Source of the DNA: Clostridia bacterium
GTDB lineage: Bacteria > Pseudomonadota > Gammaproteobacteria > Burkholderiales > SG8-39
Reading direction: 5' to 3'
DNA length: 44,130 bases
NCBI GenBank assembly: GCA_050261755.1
Contig: JBLNDP010000161.1
Coordinates: 1-44,130, forward strand
In this document: piece after piece, positions 32,901 through 42,886 of the stretch
Layout of the letters: each line of letters starts with the position of its first letter
Position numbering within the stretch: the stretch's first letter is position 1
Notes under the pieces: model-generated
Database searches by the model: none
Seen by the model: only the letters and a program-made list of their open reading frames with translations
What the model was told of the DNA's origin: nothing
Program-made: the position numbers and the translations under genes

Positions 32901-32921
32901 ATTGTTATAGACGATTACAAT
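32901..32921. promoter_or_regulatory. probable MarR (CouR/FerC-type) operator, imperfect palindrome ATTGTTATAGACGATTACAAT
   Basis: ATTGT...ACAAT arms with a GTTATA-N3-GATTAC core, in the short AT-rich region between the divergent transporter and marR. Confidence 0.55.
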
Positions 32922-32931
32922 TTAGCGGTCA

Positions 32932-33438
32932 ATGCGAGCTCGCGGAAACGGCACGATATCCCCTTACCGCCCCCGCGTCCTGACGCCGATCGCGCGCGTC
33001 CCGGGGCTGGATTATGACGTGCTCGACGAGCTTCTGGGGTATTCCCTCAGACGCGCCCAGGTGGCGATGTTCGTCGCGTTCCACGAGGCCACGCGCGGGA
33101 AGGAGCGCGGGCTGCAGATCACGCCGCCGCGCTTTACCGCGCTCGTCATCATCGGCGCCAATCCCGGCATCCGCCAGAGCGCGCTCGGCAGCGTGCTGGG
33201 CATCGCCCGTTCGGGGGCGATGCTGGTGACCGACTGGTTCGAGGCGCGCGGCCTGGTCGAGCGCCGGCACCTCCCCGACGACCGGCGGGCGTGGGGCCTG
33301 CACCTGACCCGCAAGGGCGAGCAGCTCGTGGAGCGCATGAAGCGCCGGGTCCTGGACCTCGACCTGCGAAAGACCCGCTCCCTGAAGAAGGCCGAAAGGC
33401 GACAATTGCTGCGCCTACTGGAGAAGCTGACCCGATGA
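32932..33438 (+). CDS. MarR family transcriptional regulator (CouR/FerC/HcaR-like)
   Basis: LLGYSLRRAQ, ITPPRF.AL..I.ANPGI.Q..L and GLVER...DRR...L.LT..G winged-HTH motifs; start codon uncertain. Confidence 0.9.
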   Translation: MRARGNGTISPYRPRVLTPIARVPGLDYDVLDELLGYSLRRAQVAMFVAFHEATRGKERGLQITPPRFTALVIIGANPGIRQSALGSVLGIARSGAMLVTDWFEARGLVERRHLPDDRRAWGLHLTRKGEQLVERMKRRVLDLDLRKTRSLKKAERRQLLRLLEKLTR

Positions 33439-33932
33439 GAACCTGCCTCGCCATCCTGCTTTCCCTTCCGCTCCTCGCGCTCGCGCAGATGCCCGTCACG
33501 CCCGCGGCCGACCAGGAGGCCCTGTTGCGCTCGGGCGATGCGCAGGCGCAGAAGAACAAGCGCTTCGTCTACGACTTCTGGCGCGAGGTGTTCGAGGCTG
33601 CGCACATGGACCTCGCGCCGAAGTACATGGCGGAGGGCTACATCCAGCACAACCCGAACGTGCCCACCGGGCGCCAGGCGTTCATCGACTTCTTCAGCAA
33701 GGTCCGGAAGCCCGTGCCGGTCGAGCCGCGCGTCAAGGCGCCGCTCGTCGCCATGCTTGCCGACGGCGACTACGTCGTCATGGCGTTCGCGCGCGAATAT
33801 CCAGACCCGGCCGACCCGGCGAAGAAGTACAGCACCACCTGGTTCGACATGTTCCGCCTCGCCGACGGCAAGATCGCGGAACACTGGGACCCCGCCACCA
33901 AGCCGGCGCCGAAGCCCGCCGCGAAGCCCTAG
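33435..33932 (+). CDS. SnoaL/NTF2-like protein with signal peptide
   Basis: Signal peptide ending in ALA-Q; NK..V.DF, YIQHNPNVPTGR..F..F, ADGDYV and FDMFR..DGKI.EHWD motifs; ATGA overlap with marR. Confidence 0.88.
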   Translation: MRTCLAILLSLPLLALAQMPVTPAADQEALLRSGDAQAQKNKRFVYDFWREVFEAAHMDLAPKYMAEGYIQHNPNVPTGRQAFIDFFSKVRKPVPVEPRVKAPLVAMLADGDYVVMAFAREYPDPADPAKKYSTTWFDMFRLADGKIAEHWDPATKPAPKPAAKP

Positions 33933-33934
33933 GA

Positions 33935-35680
33935 ATGGCACATCCCGTCCGGGCGGTGCGCCTCGCTTCGCCCGAAGTCGAGGTCGAGAAGCGCCGCGAC
34001 GGCGCGATCCACCTGCGCTCGCCGCACGCGTTGCCGCCGTACCCGGAGAAGATCACCGAGAAGCTCGACTACTGGGCCTCGGCCGCGCCCGACCGCGTTC
34101 TCTTCGCGCAGCGCGAGGCGGGCATCGGCACTCGCTGGCAAACCTTCACCTATGCCGAAGTGAGGGAAGGCGCCAGGCGGATCGCTTCCGCGTTCCTGAA
34201 GAGGAACCTGTCGCAGGACCGGCCCATCGTCGTCCTCTCGGGAAACGACATCGAGCATGCGCTCATCGAGCTCGGCGCGATGTACGCCGGCATTCCGTAT
34301 GCGCCGATCTCGCCGGCCTATTCGCTGCTGTCGACCGACTTCTCCAAGCTGAAGAGCATCATCTCCCTGCTCACGCCGGGGCTCGTCTACGCGTCGCTGG
34401 AGGGCGCCTTCGGCCGGGCGATCGAGACCGCCGTGCCTGCCGAGGTCGAGGTGGTCTTCCGCGAGGACTTCCACCGCCTGGACGCCGCGCCCGCGGGACC
34501 GGAAGTGGACGCCGCGCACGGGCGCGTCTCGCCGGACACCATCGCCAAGTTCCTCTTCACCTCCGGGTCCACCGGGCAGCCGAAAGCCGTCATCAACACG
34601 CAGCGCGTCTGGTGCTCGAACCAGTCCATGGCGCGCGAGACGCTCGCGTTCATGCAGGACGAGCCGCCGGTCATGGTGGAGTGGGCGCCGTGGCATCACA
34701 CCGCCGGCGGCAACAAGGACTTCGGCGTGACGCTCTACAACGGCGGCTCGCTCTACATCGACGAAGGCAAGCCGCTTCCCGGCGCCATCGAGACGACGGT
34801 GAAGAACCTGCGCGATATCGCGCCCACTTTCTACTTCAACGTGCCGAAGGGCTACGAGGCGCTGCTTCCCTACCTGCGCGCCGACGGCAAGCTGAGGGAA
34901 AACTTCTTCAGCCGGCTCAAGCTCCTGTGGTTTGCCGGCGCCGGCGTCTCGCAGCACGTGTTCGACGGGATCAAGCGCCTCGCCTACGAGACCTGCGGCG
35001 AGGAGATCCTTTTCGGCACGGGCCTCGGCTCGACGGAGACCGGCCCCTTCACGCTGGGCCGGGTGTGGGACACGAGCAACGCCGCGAACATGGGCCTGCC
35101 GCCGCCGGGCGTGGACCTGAAGCTGGTCCCGGTCCCCGGAACGGGGGCATACGAGGCGCGCATCAAAGGGCCGCACATCACGCCGGGCTACTGGCGGCAG
35201 CCCGAGCTCACGCGCCAGGCGTTCGACGAGGAGGGCTACTATCGCCTCGGCGACTCGTTCGTCTTCGAGGACGCGCGCGAGGCGAAGCTCGGGCTCGTCT
35301 ACCGCGGCCGGCTCTCCGAGGACTTCAAGCTCTCCACCGGTACCTGGGTGCACATCGGGCCGCTGCGGGCGCAGTTCATCGAGCACTTTGCGCCGATGGT
35401 GCGCGACGTGGTGATCGCCGGCGAAGGGCGCGACGACCTCGCCGCGCTGGTTTTCCCTTCGAATCAATTCGATGCAAGAGCCTTCGACGAGAAAATGAAG
35501 TCGCTCGCCTCGACGGGGAGCTCCAACCGCATCGCCCGCTATGCGATCCTCGACGAGCCGCCTTCGCTCGACGCGGGCGAGGTGACGGACAAGGGCACCA
35601 TCAACCAGAAGGCAGTGCTGAAGCGGCGCGCCGACATCGTCAACCGGGTGTATTCCACTTCGTCTTCCGGGGAAAAATGA
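33935..35680 (+). CDS. fcs: feruloyl-CoA synthetase-like acyl-CoA ligase
   Basis: ISPAYSL, AKFLFTSGSTG.PKAV, PWHHT.GG, GG.LYIDEGKP, YFNVPKGYE, GLGSTET, EDFKL.TGTWV and EVTDKG.INQ motifs. Confidence 0.9.
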   Translation: MAHPVRAVRLASPEVEVEKRRDGAIHLRSPHALPPYPEKITEKLDYWASAAPDRVLFAQREAGIGTRWQTFTYAEVREGARRIASAFLKRNLSQDRPIVVLSGNDIEHALIELGAMYAGIPYAPISPAYSLLSTDFSKLKSIISLLTPGLVYASLEGAFGRAIETAVPAEVEVVFREDFHRLDAAPAGPEVDAAHGRVSPDTIAKFLFTSGSTGQPKAVINTQRVWCSNQSMARETLAFMQDEPPVMVEWAPWHHTAGGNKDFGVTLYNGGSLYIDEGKPLPGAIETTVKNLRDIAPTFYFNVPKGYEALLPYLRADGKLRENFFSRLKLLWFAGAGVSQHVFDGIKRLAYETCGEEILFGTGLGSTETGPFTLGRVWDTSNAANMGLPPPGVDLKLVPVPGTGAYEARIKGPHITPGYWRQPELTRQAFDEEGYYRLGDSFVFEDAREAKLGLVYRGRLSEDFKLSTGTWVHIGPLRAQFIEHFAPMVRDVVIAGEGRDDLAALVFPSNQFDARAFDEKMKSLASTGSSNRIARYAILDEPPSLDAGEVTDKGTINQKAVLKRRADIVNRVYSTSSSGEK

Positions 35681-36537
35681 ATCTCCAAGATCTCGTTGCG
35701 ATCGATGTGCATACCCACGCGTGGAAGTCCGCCCTGCAGGTGGACGACGCGCCCTCCGAATCGCAGGAGGCGATGGGCCGCTATTTCCGCTACGCGCCGC
35801 AGCACCAGACGGTGCCGGAGATGGCGGACATGTACCGCAAGCTCAAGATGGCCTTCGTCGTCTTCACCGTCGACGGCGAGAAGGGCGCGAGCCGCAAGAT
35901 CAGCAACGAGGAGATCGCCGAGCTCGCGCACAAGCACTCCGACGTCGCGATTCCCTTCGCCAGCGTCAACCCTCACCGCGGAAAGGCTGGCGTCGATCTC
36001 GCGAAAAAGTTGATCCGCGAATACGGGGTGAAGGGCTTCAAGTTCCACCCGACGGTGCAGGACTTCTTCCCGAACGACCCGATGGCCTATCCGCTCTACG
36101 AGGTGATCGCCGAGGCGAAGCTGCCGGCGCTCTTCCACAGCGGCCAGACCGGCGTGGGGGCCGGGACGCCGGGCGGCGGCGGGCTGCGCCTGAAGTACTC
36201 GAACCCGATGCTCCTCGACGACGTGGCGGCCGACTTCCCCGACATGCCCATCGTGATCGCGCATCCGTCGTTCCCGTGGCAGGAAGAAGCGCTCTCCGTC
36301 GCCACGCACAAGCCGCAGGTCTACATCGACCTCTCCGGCTGGTCGCCGAAGTATTTCCCGCCGATCCTGGTCCAATACGCGAACACGCTTCTCAAGGACA
36401 AGATCCTCTTCGGCTCGGACTACCCGGTCTTCTCGCCCACGCGCTGGATGGAGGAATTCGACAAGCTGGCCATCAAGCCCGAGGTGAGGCCGCTCATCCT
36501 CAAGCAGAACGCGATCAAGCTCCTCAAGCTAGGCTAG
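35677..36537 (+). CDS. amidohydrolase_2 family protein (CouO-like aryl-beta-ketoacyl-CoA hydrolase)
   Basis: AIDVHTH, GFKFHP, FHSGQTG.G.G..GG.G.RLKYSNP, AHPSFPW, IDLSGWSPKYF and LFGSDYP motifs; ATGA overlap with fcs. Confidence 0.88.
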   Translation: MNLQDLVAIDVHTHAWKSALQVDDAPSESQEAMGRYFRYAPQHQTVPEMADMYRKLKMAFVVFTVDGEKGASRKISNEEIAELAHKHSDVAIPFASVNPHRGKAGVDLAKKLIREYGVKGFKFHPTVQDFFPNDPMAYPLYEVIAEAKLPALFHSGQTGVGAGTPGGGGLRLKYSNPMLLDDVAADFPDMPIVIAHPSFPWQEEALSVATHKPQVYIDLSGWSPKYFPPILVQYANTLLKDKILFGSDYPVFSPTRWMEEFDKLAIKPEVRPLILKQNAIKLLKLG

Positions 36538-36564
36538 GGCACGCGGCTTGCCGGAGAATACGGC

Positions 36565-37745
<1,181 letters not shown>

Positions 37746-37761
<16 letters not shown>

Positions 37762-38972
37762 CGGGCAAAGAGGGGCGCCCGCTCGCGGGCGAGGGAATCC
37801 TCCGGCTGACCCTCGTCCTCGGCGCAGTGATGGCGATCGGGCCGCTGGCGATCGACATGTACCTGCCGGCGATGCCGACCATCGGCGCGGAGTTTCGCGT
37901 CGAGGCCGCGCGCGTCCAGCACACGCTCTCCGCCTACCTGCTCGGCCTCGCCGTCGGCCAGCTCGTCTTCGGGCCCATCGCGGACCGCTACGGGCGCAAG
38001 CGTCCTCTACAGCTCGGCCTCGGGCTCTTCGCCATCGCCTGCGTGGGCTGCGCGCTAGCGCAGAACATCGAGAGCTTCGTGGTCCTGCGGTTCGCGCAGG
38101 CGCTCGGCGGCGCCTCGGGCATGGTGGTGATCCGCGCCATCATCCGCGACCGCTTCAACGCGCTGCAGTCGGCGCACGTGCTCTCGCTCATGCTGCTCGT
38201 GATGGGCGTCGCGCCGATCCTCGCGCCGCTCGCCGGCGGCTACATCATGCTGCACGGCTCCTGGCACTGGATCTTCTGGTTCCTCGCCGCCTTCGCTGCC
38301 GCCTGCGTGGCGGCGGTCGCGGTGTACCTCGAGGAGACGCACGCGCCGGAGAAGCGCGCGCCGACGCTGTGGCACGCGCTCGCGGGCTTCGGGCCGATCT
38401 TCACCGACGTCCGCTTCATCGGCCCGCTGGCCGTCTTCTGCTGCGCCTTTGCCTGCTTCTTCGCCTACCTCGCCACGGCTCCGTTCGTCTACATCCAGTA
38501 CTTCGGCGTGCCGGCGCACCAGTTCGGCTGGTACTTCGGCGCGGGGGCGCTCGGCTTCATCAGCGTCTCGCAGGTGAACCGCCGCCTCATCTTCAAGTAC
38601 GGACCGCGACGCGTGCTGGGCTGGGGCGTCTCGCTGCTCGCCGGTGCGGCGCTGGTCCTGCTCGTCTGCTCCCTCACCGGCTTCGGCGACTTCTGGGGCG
38701 TGTTCATTCCGGTGTGGTGCTTCATCGCCAGCGTCGGCCTCATCGCCTCCAACGCCACCGCCGTCGCCATGGAACCCTTCGGCTCGCGCGCCGGCGGCGC
38801 CTCGTCTCTCCTCGGCTCCTCGCAATCGGCGTTCGGCGTCCTCGCCAGCGCTGCGGTGGGTTGGCTTCCGGGGTCGGGCGCCGTGCCGATGGCGACGGTC
38901 ATTGCGGCGTGCGCCGCCATCGCCTTCACGGCCTATTTCTCGCTCGTCCGCAGGGCAAGGAGCGCAAAGTGA
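37746..38972 (+). CDS. Bcr/CflA family MFS efflux transporter
   Basis: GPLAIDMYLPA.P.I, GP.ADRYGRKRP, LRF.QALG and APILAPL.GG motifs, about 12 TM; start uncertain (GTG overlapping the rtcB end). Confidence 0.92.
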
Positions 38973-39505
38973 TCCTCACCCGTCGTCGCCTGATCGCCGC
39001 CAGCCTGCTGCCGCTCCTTCCCAAGGTTTCGCTGGCGCAGACGCCGGCGTGCGGCGCGCCGACGGAGCCCGAGACCGCCGGGCCGTTCTTCAAGACCGAT
39101 TCCCCTCTACGCACTTCCCTTAGGGAAGCCGATGCGAAAACCACCCTTTGGGTGAGCGGAAGAGTCCTGGGATCAGGCTGCAAACCGATCGCCAATGCGA
39201 AGCTCGATTTTTGGCATGCGGATGAGCACGGCCTCTACAGCAGCGGCAAGACCTACCGCTACCGGGGCCACCAGTTCACCGACGCGCAGGGTCGCTTCAG
39301 GCTCGAGACGGTGCGTCCCGCCGAGTACCCCGGCCGCACGCGCCATATCCACGTCAAGGTCCAGCCGCCCGGCGGCCGGACCCTCACGACGCAGCTTTAT
39401 TTCCCGGGCGAGGGCCTCAACAGGGTCGATCCGCTGTACCGCAAGGACCTCGAAATGGCGCTCGAGAACGGCGAGCGCGGCAGCTTCGACTTCGTCGTCG
39501 CCTAA
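38969..39505 (+). CDS. intradiol ring-cleavage dioxygenase-like protein with Tat signal
   Basis: GTG 38969 overlaps the bcr stop; TRRRLI twin-arginine signal; GPFF, WHADEHGLY, RG.QFTD..G, P..YPGRTRHIH.K and TTQLYF motifs. Confidence 0.88.
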   Translation: MILTRRRLIAASLLPLLPKVSLAQTPACGAPTEPETAGPFFKTDSPLRTSLREADAKTTLWVSGRVLGSGCKPIANAKLDFWHADEHGLYSSGKTYRYRGHQFTDAQGRFRLETVRPAEYPGRTRHIHVKVQPPGGRTLTTQLYFPGEGLNRVDPLYRKDLEMALENGERGSFDFVVA

Positions 39506-39513
39506 GCCAGGCG

Positions 39514-39750
39514 CTACCGGCGTGCGGCGGCTTCCCTGCCGTATGCCGCGAATTGAACGAGCTGCCCGACGAGCGCGCTGTATTCCGTCTCGGTTCCGCA
39601 CGCGTTGCACATCATCAGCGCGACCAGCTCGGGGTGCTTGTCGCGAAGCCTCTGGAAGCTCGTGTGATGGCAAAGCGGGCAGCGAGCCGTGATTTTTCCC
39701 GAAGTAATTTGCATGCCCATAGGGTGCGCCTTCGCTTCCGGCCGCGCCAT
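39514..39750 (-). CDS. small zinc-ribbon-like hypothetical protein
   Basis: CPLC...CNACG double CxxC; the start could be 39750 or a downstream Met. Confidence 0.55.
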   Translation of the reverse strand: MARPEAKAHPMGMQITSGKITARCPLCHHTSFQRLRDKHPELVALMMCNACGTETEYSALVGQLVQFAAYGREAAARR

Positions 39751-39835
39751 CGCAGGTTAGACGGTTTATCCGTGGCCAATCGACTACAGATCGGTCACCC
39801 CATGCACGCTCCGCTTTCTGCTGCGCTGAAGGCGC

Positions 39836-39862
39836 AAATAAATCGGAGCACGTCCCCGATTT
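39836..39862 (-). repeat. REP-like palindromic element, copy 4 (reverse complement AAATCGGGGACGTGCTCCGATTTATTT)
   Basis: Same arms, GGACG centre and TTATTT tail as the 31579 copy; overlaps the TAA of the GGDEF-EAL gene. Confidence 0.8.
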
Positions 39863-41897
39863 AGGCGGCGCGGCGCTCGCGCAGGACGGGCTCGACTTCG
39901 TGGGCGGCGCGCGGGGAGGCGAAGAGATCGCCCTGGCAGACGCGGCAGCCGGCTTCGGCGAGGAAGTCGCGCTGCGCGGCGTTTTCCACGCCCTTGGCCG
40001 CGACTTCGAAGTCGAGGCCGCGCGCGAGGGAGATCAGGGCGCGGGCAAGGCCGGCGCGCTCCGCGTCGACGGGCACGCCGGCGACGAGCTGACGATCGAT
40101 GCACACGGCGTCCACGCCGAGGCGCTTGAGCATCGGCAGGGAGGCGTAGCCGGTGCCGAAGTCGTCGACGCCGAGCCGCGCGCCGGCGTCGAGGACGCCG
40201 CGCATCGCTTCCTCGAGCGCCTCCGGAATCTGCCTTACCGCCTGCTCGGGCAGCTCGATGAGGAGGGAGCGCGGCGGCAGGCCGCTCGCCTCGAGCGCCT
40301 CGCGCACCTGCTCGGCGAGGCCGCCGTGGCGGAGTTGCCGCGCGGTCACGTTCACGACGAGCGATTGCGGCAGGATGCCGGCTTCCATCCACCGCCGCGC
40401 CTGCGCGCACGCCTCGCGCAGCACCCAGGCGCCGATGGGCAAAAGCGCGCCGGTGTCGTCCGCGAGCGCGAGGAACGATTCGGGGGTGAGCACGCCGAGG
40501 CGCGGATGCTTCCAGCGAAGGAGGGCTTCGGTGCCCACGACCTGGCGCGTCACCACGTCGATGCGCGGCTGGTAGACGAGGAAGAGCTCGCCGCGCTGCA
40601 TGCCGAGGCGCAGCTCCTCGGCGAGCGCCGCCGCTGCGGCGGCGTCGTGGCCCAGCGCGGTGGAGAAGAACTGGTAGCCATTGCGGCCGACTTCCTTCGC
40701 GCGGTACATCGCCGCGTCGGCCTGGCGCATGAGCGTGGCGACGTCGTCGCCGTCGAGCGGCACGCACGCGATGCCGATGCTCGCGCCGCTCTTCAGCTCA
40801 TGGCCGTCGATGTGGTACGGCTCGCCCAGCTCGTGCACCAGCTTCTGCGCGACGGCGGCCGCCTCGCGCGGGTCGGCGATGTCCTGCAGCAGCACGCAGA
40901 ACTCGTCGCCGCCGATGCGGGCGACGAAGTCGTCGCCGCGCACGCTTGCGCGCAGGCGCTGGGCGATCGACTTCAGGAGCGAGTCGCCCACGTCGTGGCC
41001 GAGGGAGTCGTTGATCTCCTTGAAGCGATCGAGGTCGAGGAAGAGGAAGGCGAGGTTCTTCGCGTGGCGGCGGGCATGTGCCACGGCCTCGCGCGCGCGG
41101 TCGGCGAACATGGCCCGGTTCGGCAGCCCGGTGAGCGGGTCGTGATGCGCGAGGAACTCGAGCCGCTGCGCGTCCTGCTGCAGCTGGATGGCCGCGAAGC
41201 GCAGGTCTTCCTGGGCACGCTTGAGGGCCGTGACGTCATTGCCGAGCATGTAGAAGCCCTGCACCGAGCTGCCCCGCGCGCCGTCCGGCGCGCGTCTTGC
41301 CTCGCGCTCGCTGACGAGATGGGGCACGCACGAGATCTGCAGCGTGCGCGGCCGCGCCCCCTCGCTGGTGGTGAATTCGAACTGCACTTCCTCGCCGGCG
41401 AGCACCCGCTGGATGTTCTCGCGCATGCGGGCATACGCGGCTTCGCCGAACACCTCGGCCACCGTGCGCCCCTGCATGTCTTCCTGCGCGATGCCGAACC
41501 AGTCGTGGTAGGTGCCGTTGCTGAAGCGGTAGCGCTGGTCGCGGTCGACGTACGAAATAAGGGCTGGCACGTTGTTCGCCACGAGGAGCAGGCGCTCCTC
41601 GCTCTCGCGCACGGTACGCTCGGCCAGCGCGATTCTGGCAAGGGCCCGCTGGGTGAGAATGACCGCGCAGATAATGAGGGATACCGCGGCGGCTAGCAGG
41701 AAGTGCAGGAGCAGGTCCTGGCTCCAGACCTCCTGGCCGGCGACGTAGGCGCGAGCGGCTGAGAAGAGTTCCCAGCCGGCGACGGCGAGCACGGCGAGCG
41801 CGCCACCGATGATCACCAGCGGCCCGAGGAGCGGGAGGAGACGGCGTGGAGGATACAAGGCGGCTCTTATCTTGAGCCGCCCTCCAATGCGCGGCAA
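39861..41897 (-). CDS. membrane-anchored PAS-GGDEF-EAL protein (diguanylate cyclase, probably degenerate phosphodiesterase)
   Basis: Two N-terminal TM segments, PAS (NVPALISYVD..QRYRF.N), HDPLTGLPNR, DLDRFK.INDSLGH..GD, RGDDFVARIGGDEF, YQP, EALLRW, DDFGTGY; TTG start with GGAGGA upstream. Confidence 0.93.
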   Translation of the reverse strand: MPRIGGRLKIRAALYPPRRLLPLLGPLVIIGGALAVLAVAGWELFSAARAYVAGQEVWSQDLLLHFLLAAAVSLIICAVILTQRALARIALAERTVRESEERLLLVANNVPALISYVDRDQRYRFSNGTYHDWFGIAQEDMQGRTVAEVFGEAAYARMRENIQRVLAGEEVQFEFTTSEGARPRTLQISCVPHLVSEREARRAPDGARGSSVQGFYMLGNDVTALKRAQEDLRFAAIQLQQDAQRLEFLAHHDPLTGLPNRAMFADRAREAVAHARRHAKNLAFLFLDLDRFKEINDSLGHDVGDSLLKSIAQRLRASVRGDDFVARIGGDEFCVLLQDIADPREAAAVAQKLVHELGEPYHIDGHELKSGASIGIACVPLDGDDVATLMRQADAAMYRAKEVGRNGYQFFSTALGHDAAAAAALAEELRLGMQRGELFLVYQPRIDVVTRQVVGTEALLRWKHPRLGVLTPESFLALADDTGALLPIGAWVLREACAQARRWMEAGILPQSLVVNVTARQLRHGGLAEQVREALEASGLPPRSLLIELPEQAVRQIPEALEEAMRGVLDAGARLGVDDFGTGYASLPMLKRLGVDAVCIDRQLVAGVPVDAERAGLARALISLARGLDFEVAAKGVENAAQRDFLAEAGCRVCQGDLFASPRAAHEVEPVLRERRAA

Positions 41898-42032
41898 CGT
41901 GCGCGCATCCTCCGTTAAGAACTTTTTCGCACTGGCGACGGCGCTTGTAGCGGCTTCCCCTAGCGAACCGTCGACGTTTCCCTACGCGGAAATGAGATAA
42001 TGCGACTTTTGCACGGAACGACTACAGCTGAA

Positions 42033-42371
42033 ATGACCTACGTCGTCACGGAAGACTGCATCAAGTGCAAGTACATGGACTGCGTGGAAGTGTGCCCCGT
42101 GGATTGCTTCTACGAGGGCAACAACATGCTCGTCATTCATCCGGACGAGTGCATCGACTGCGGCGTGTGCGAGCCCGAGTGCCCGCCGAAGGCGATCCTT
42201 CCCGATTCCGATGGCAAGGCCGAGAAGTGGCTGAAGCTCAACGCCGACTACGCGGTCAAGTGGCCGAACATCACGCGCAAGGGCACGCCGCCGCCCGACG
42301 CCGATGCGCACAAGGAAGAGCCCGGCAAGTTCGATAAATATTTCAGCCCCGAACCCGGGAAGGGCGAGTAG
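42033..42371 (+). CDS. fdxA: ferredoxin (7Fe, FdxA-type)
   Basis: [18 protein letters not shown] and [12 protein letters not shown] motifs, with a WPNIT C-terminal extension. Confidence 0.93.
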   Translation: MTYVVTEDCIKCKYMDCVEVCPVDCFYEGNNMLVIHPDECIDCGVCEPECPPKAILPDSDGKAEKWLKLNADYAVKWPNITRKGTPPPDADAHKEEPGKFDKYFSPEPGKGE

Positions 42372-42391
42372 GGCCGGGCTGTTAGCACGGT

Positions 42392-42886
42392 ATGAGAACC
42401 CTCGCCTTCCTTGCGGCCGCCTTGCTTCTCGCGAGCTGCGCAACCTTCGACACGCGCGACCTGCAGCCGGGGGCGAGCGAGTCCCAGGTCGTTGCGCAGC
42501 TCGGCCAGCCGACTCTCAAGCTGCCGGCCGCCGGGGGCGTTACGGAATACTTCTACTCGTTGCAGCCCGAAGGGCGCCGCACCTACGCGGCGGTCATCGG
42601 CTCGGACGGCGTGCTCAAGGCGCTCGAGCAGCGTCTCGAACCGAAGTTTCTCAACCAGGTCGTCACCGGAATGACGGCGGAGCAGGTGCGGGAGCTCCTG
42701 GGCCCGCCCTGGAAGATCACCCACTTTGTCTTCAAGAACCAGGACGTCTGGGAATACAAGTGGCTCCTGGCGGAGGAGAAGCGCGTGTTCTGGGTCGGCT
42801 TCGCGCCCGACGGCAAGGTCGCCGAAGTCGTGAATATCCACGACTACGAGTCCGACCCTCCCAGCGGTCCTTCGGACTTCAGCTAG
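42392..42886 (+). CDS. lipoprotein with tandem SmpA/OmlA (BamE-like) domains
   Basis: Lipobox LASC; two repeats of G.(S/T)..(Q)V...LG.P, plus W.Y and F..DG.V motifs. Confidence 0.82.
   Translation: MRTLAFLAAALLLASCATFDTRDLQPGASESQVVAQLGQPTLKLPAAGGVTEYFYSLQPEGRRTYAAVIGSDGVLKALEQRLEPKFLNQVVTGMTAEQVRELLGPPWKITHFVFKNQDVWEYKWLLAEEKRVFWVGFAPDGKVAEVVNIHDYESDPPSGPSDFS

Noticed and set aside
33538-35676. Apparent 999-aa amidohydrolase fusion
   Set aside because: The upstream part is an Arg/Ala-rich off-frame reading of the SnoaL and fcs genes; the real start is ATG 35677.
36538-36564. Possible tRNA, Y-RNA or sigma-54 promoter associated with rtcB
   Set aside because: The gap is only 27 nt; GGCACG...TTGC is spaced one base short of the -24/-12 consensus and there is no room for an RNA gene.
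41898-42032. Largest intergenic region, checked for a riboswitch or sRNA
   Set aside because: I could not recognise a conserved aptamer or strong terminator; it looks like an ordinary divergent promoter region.
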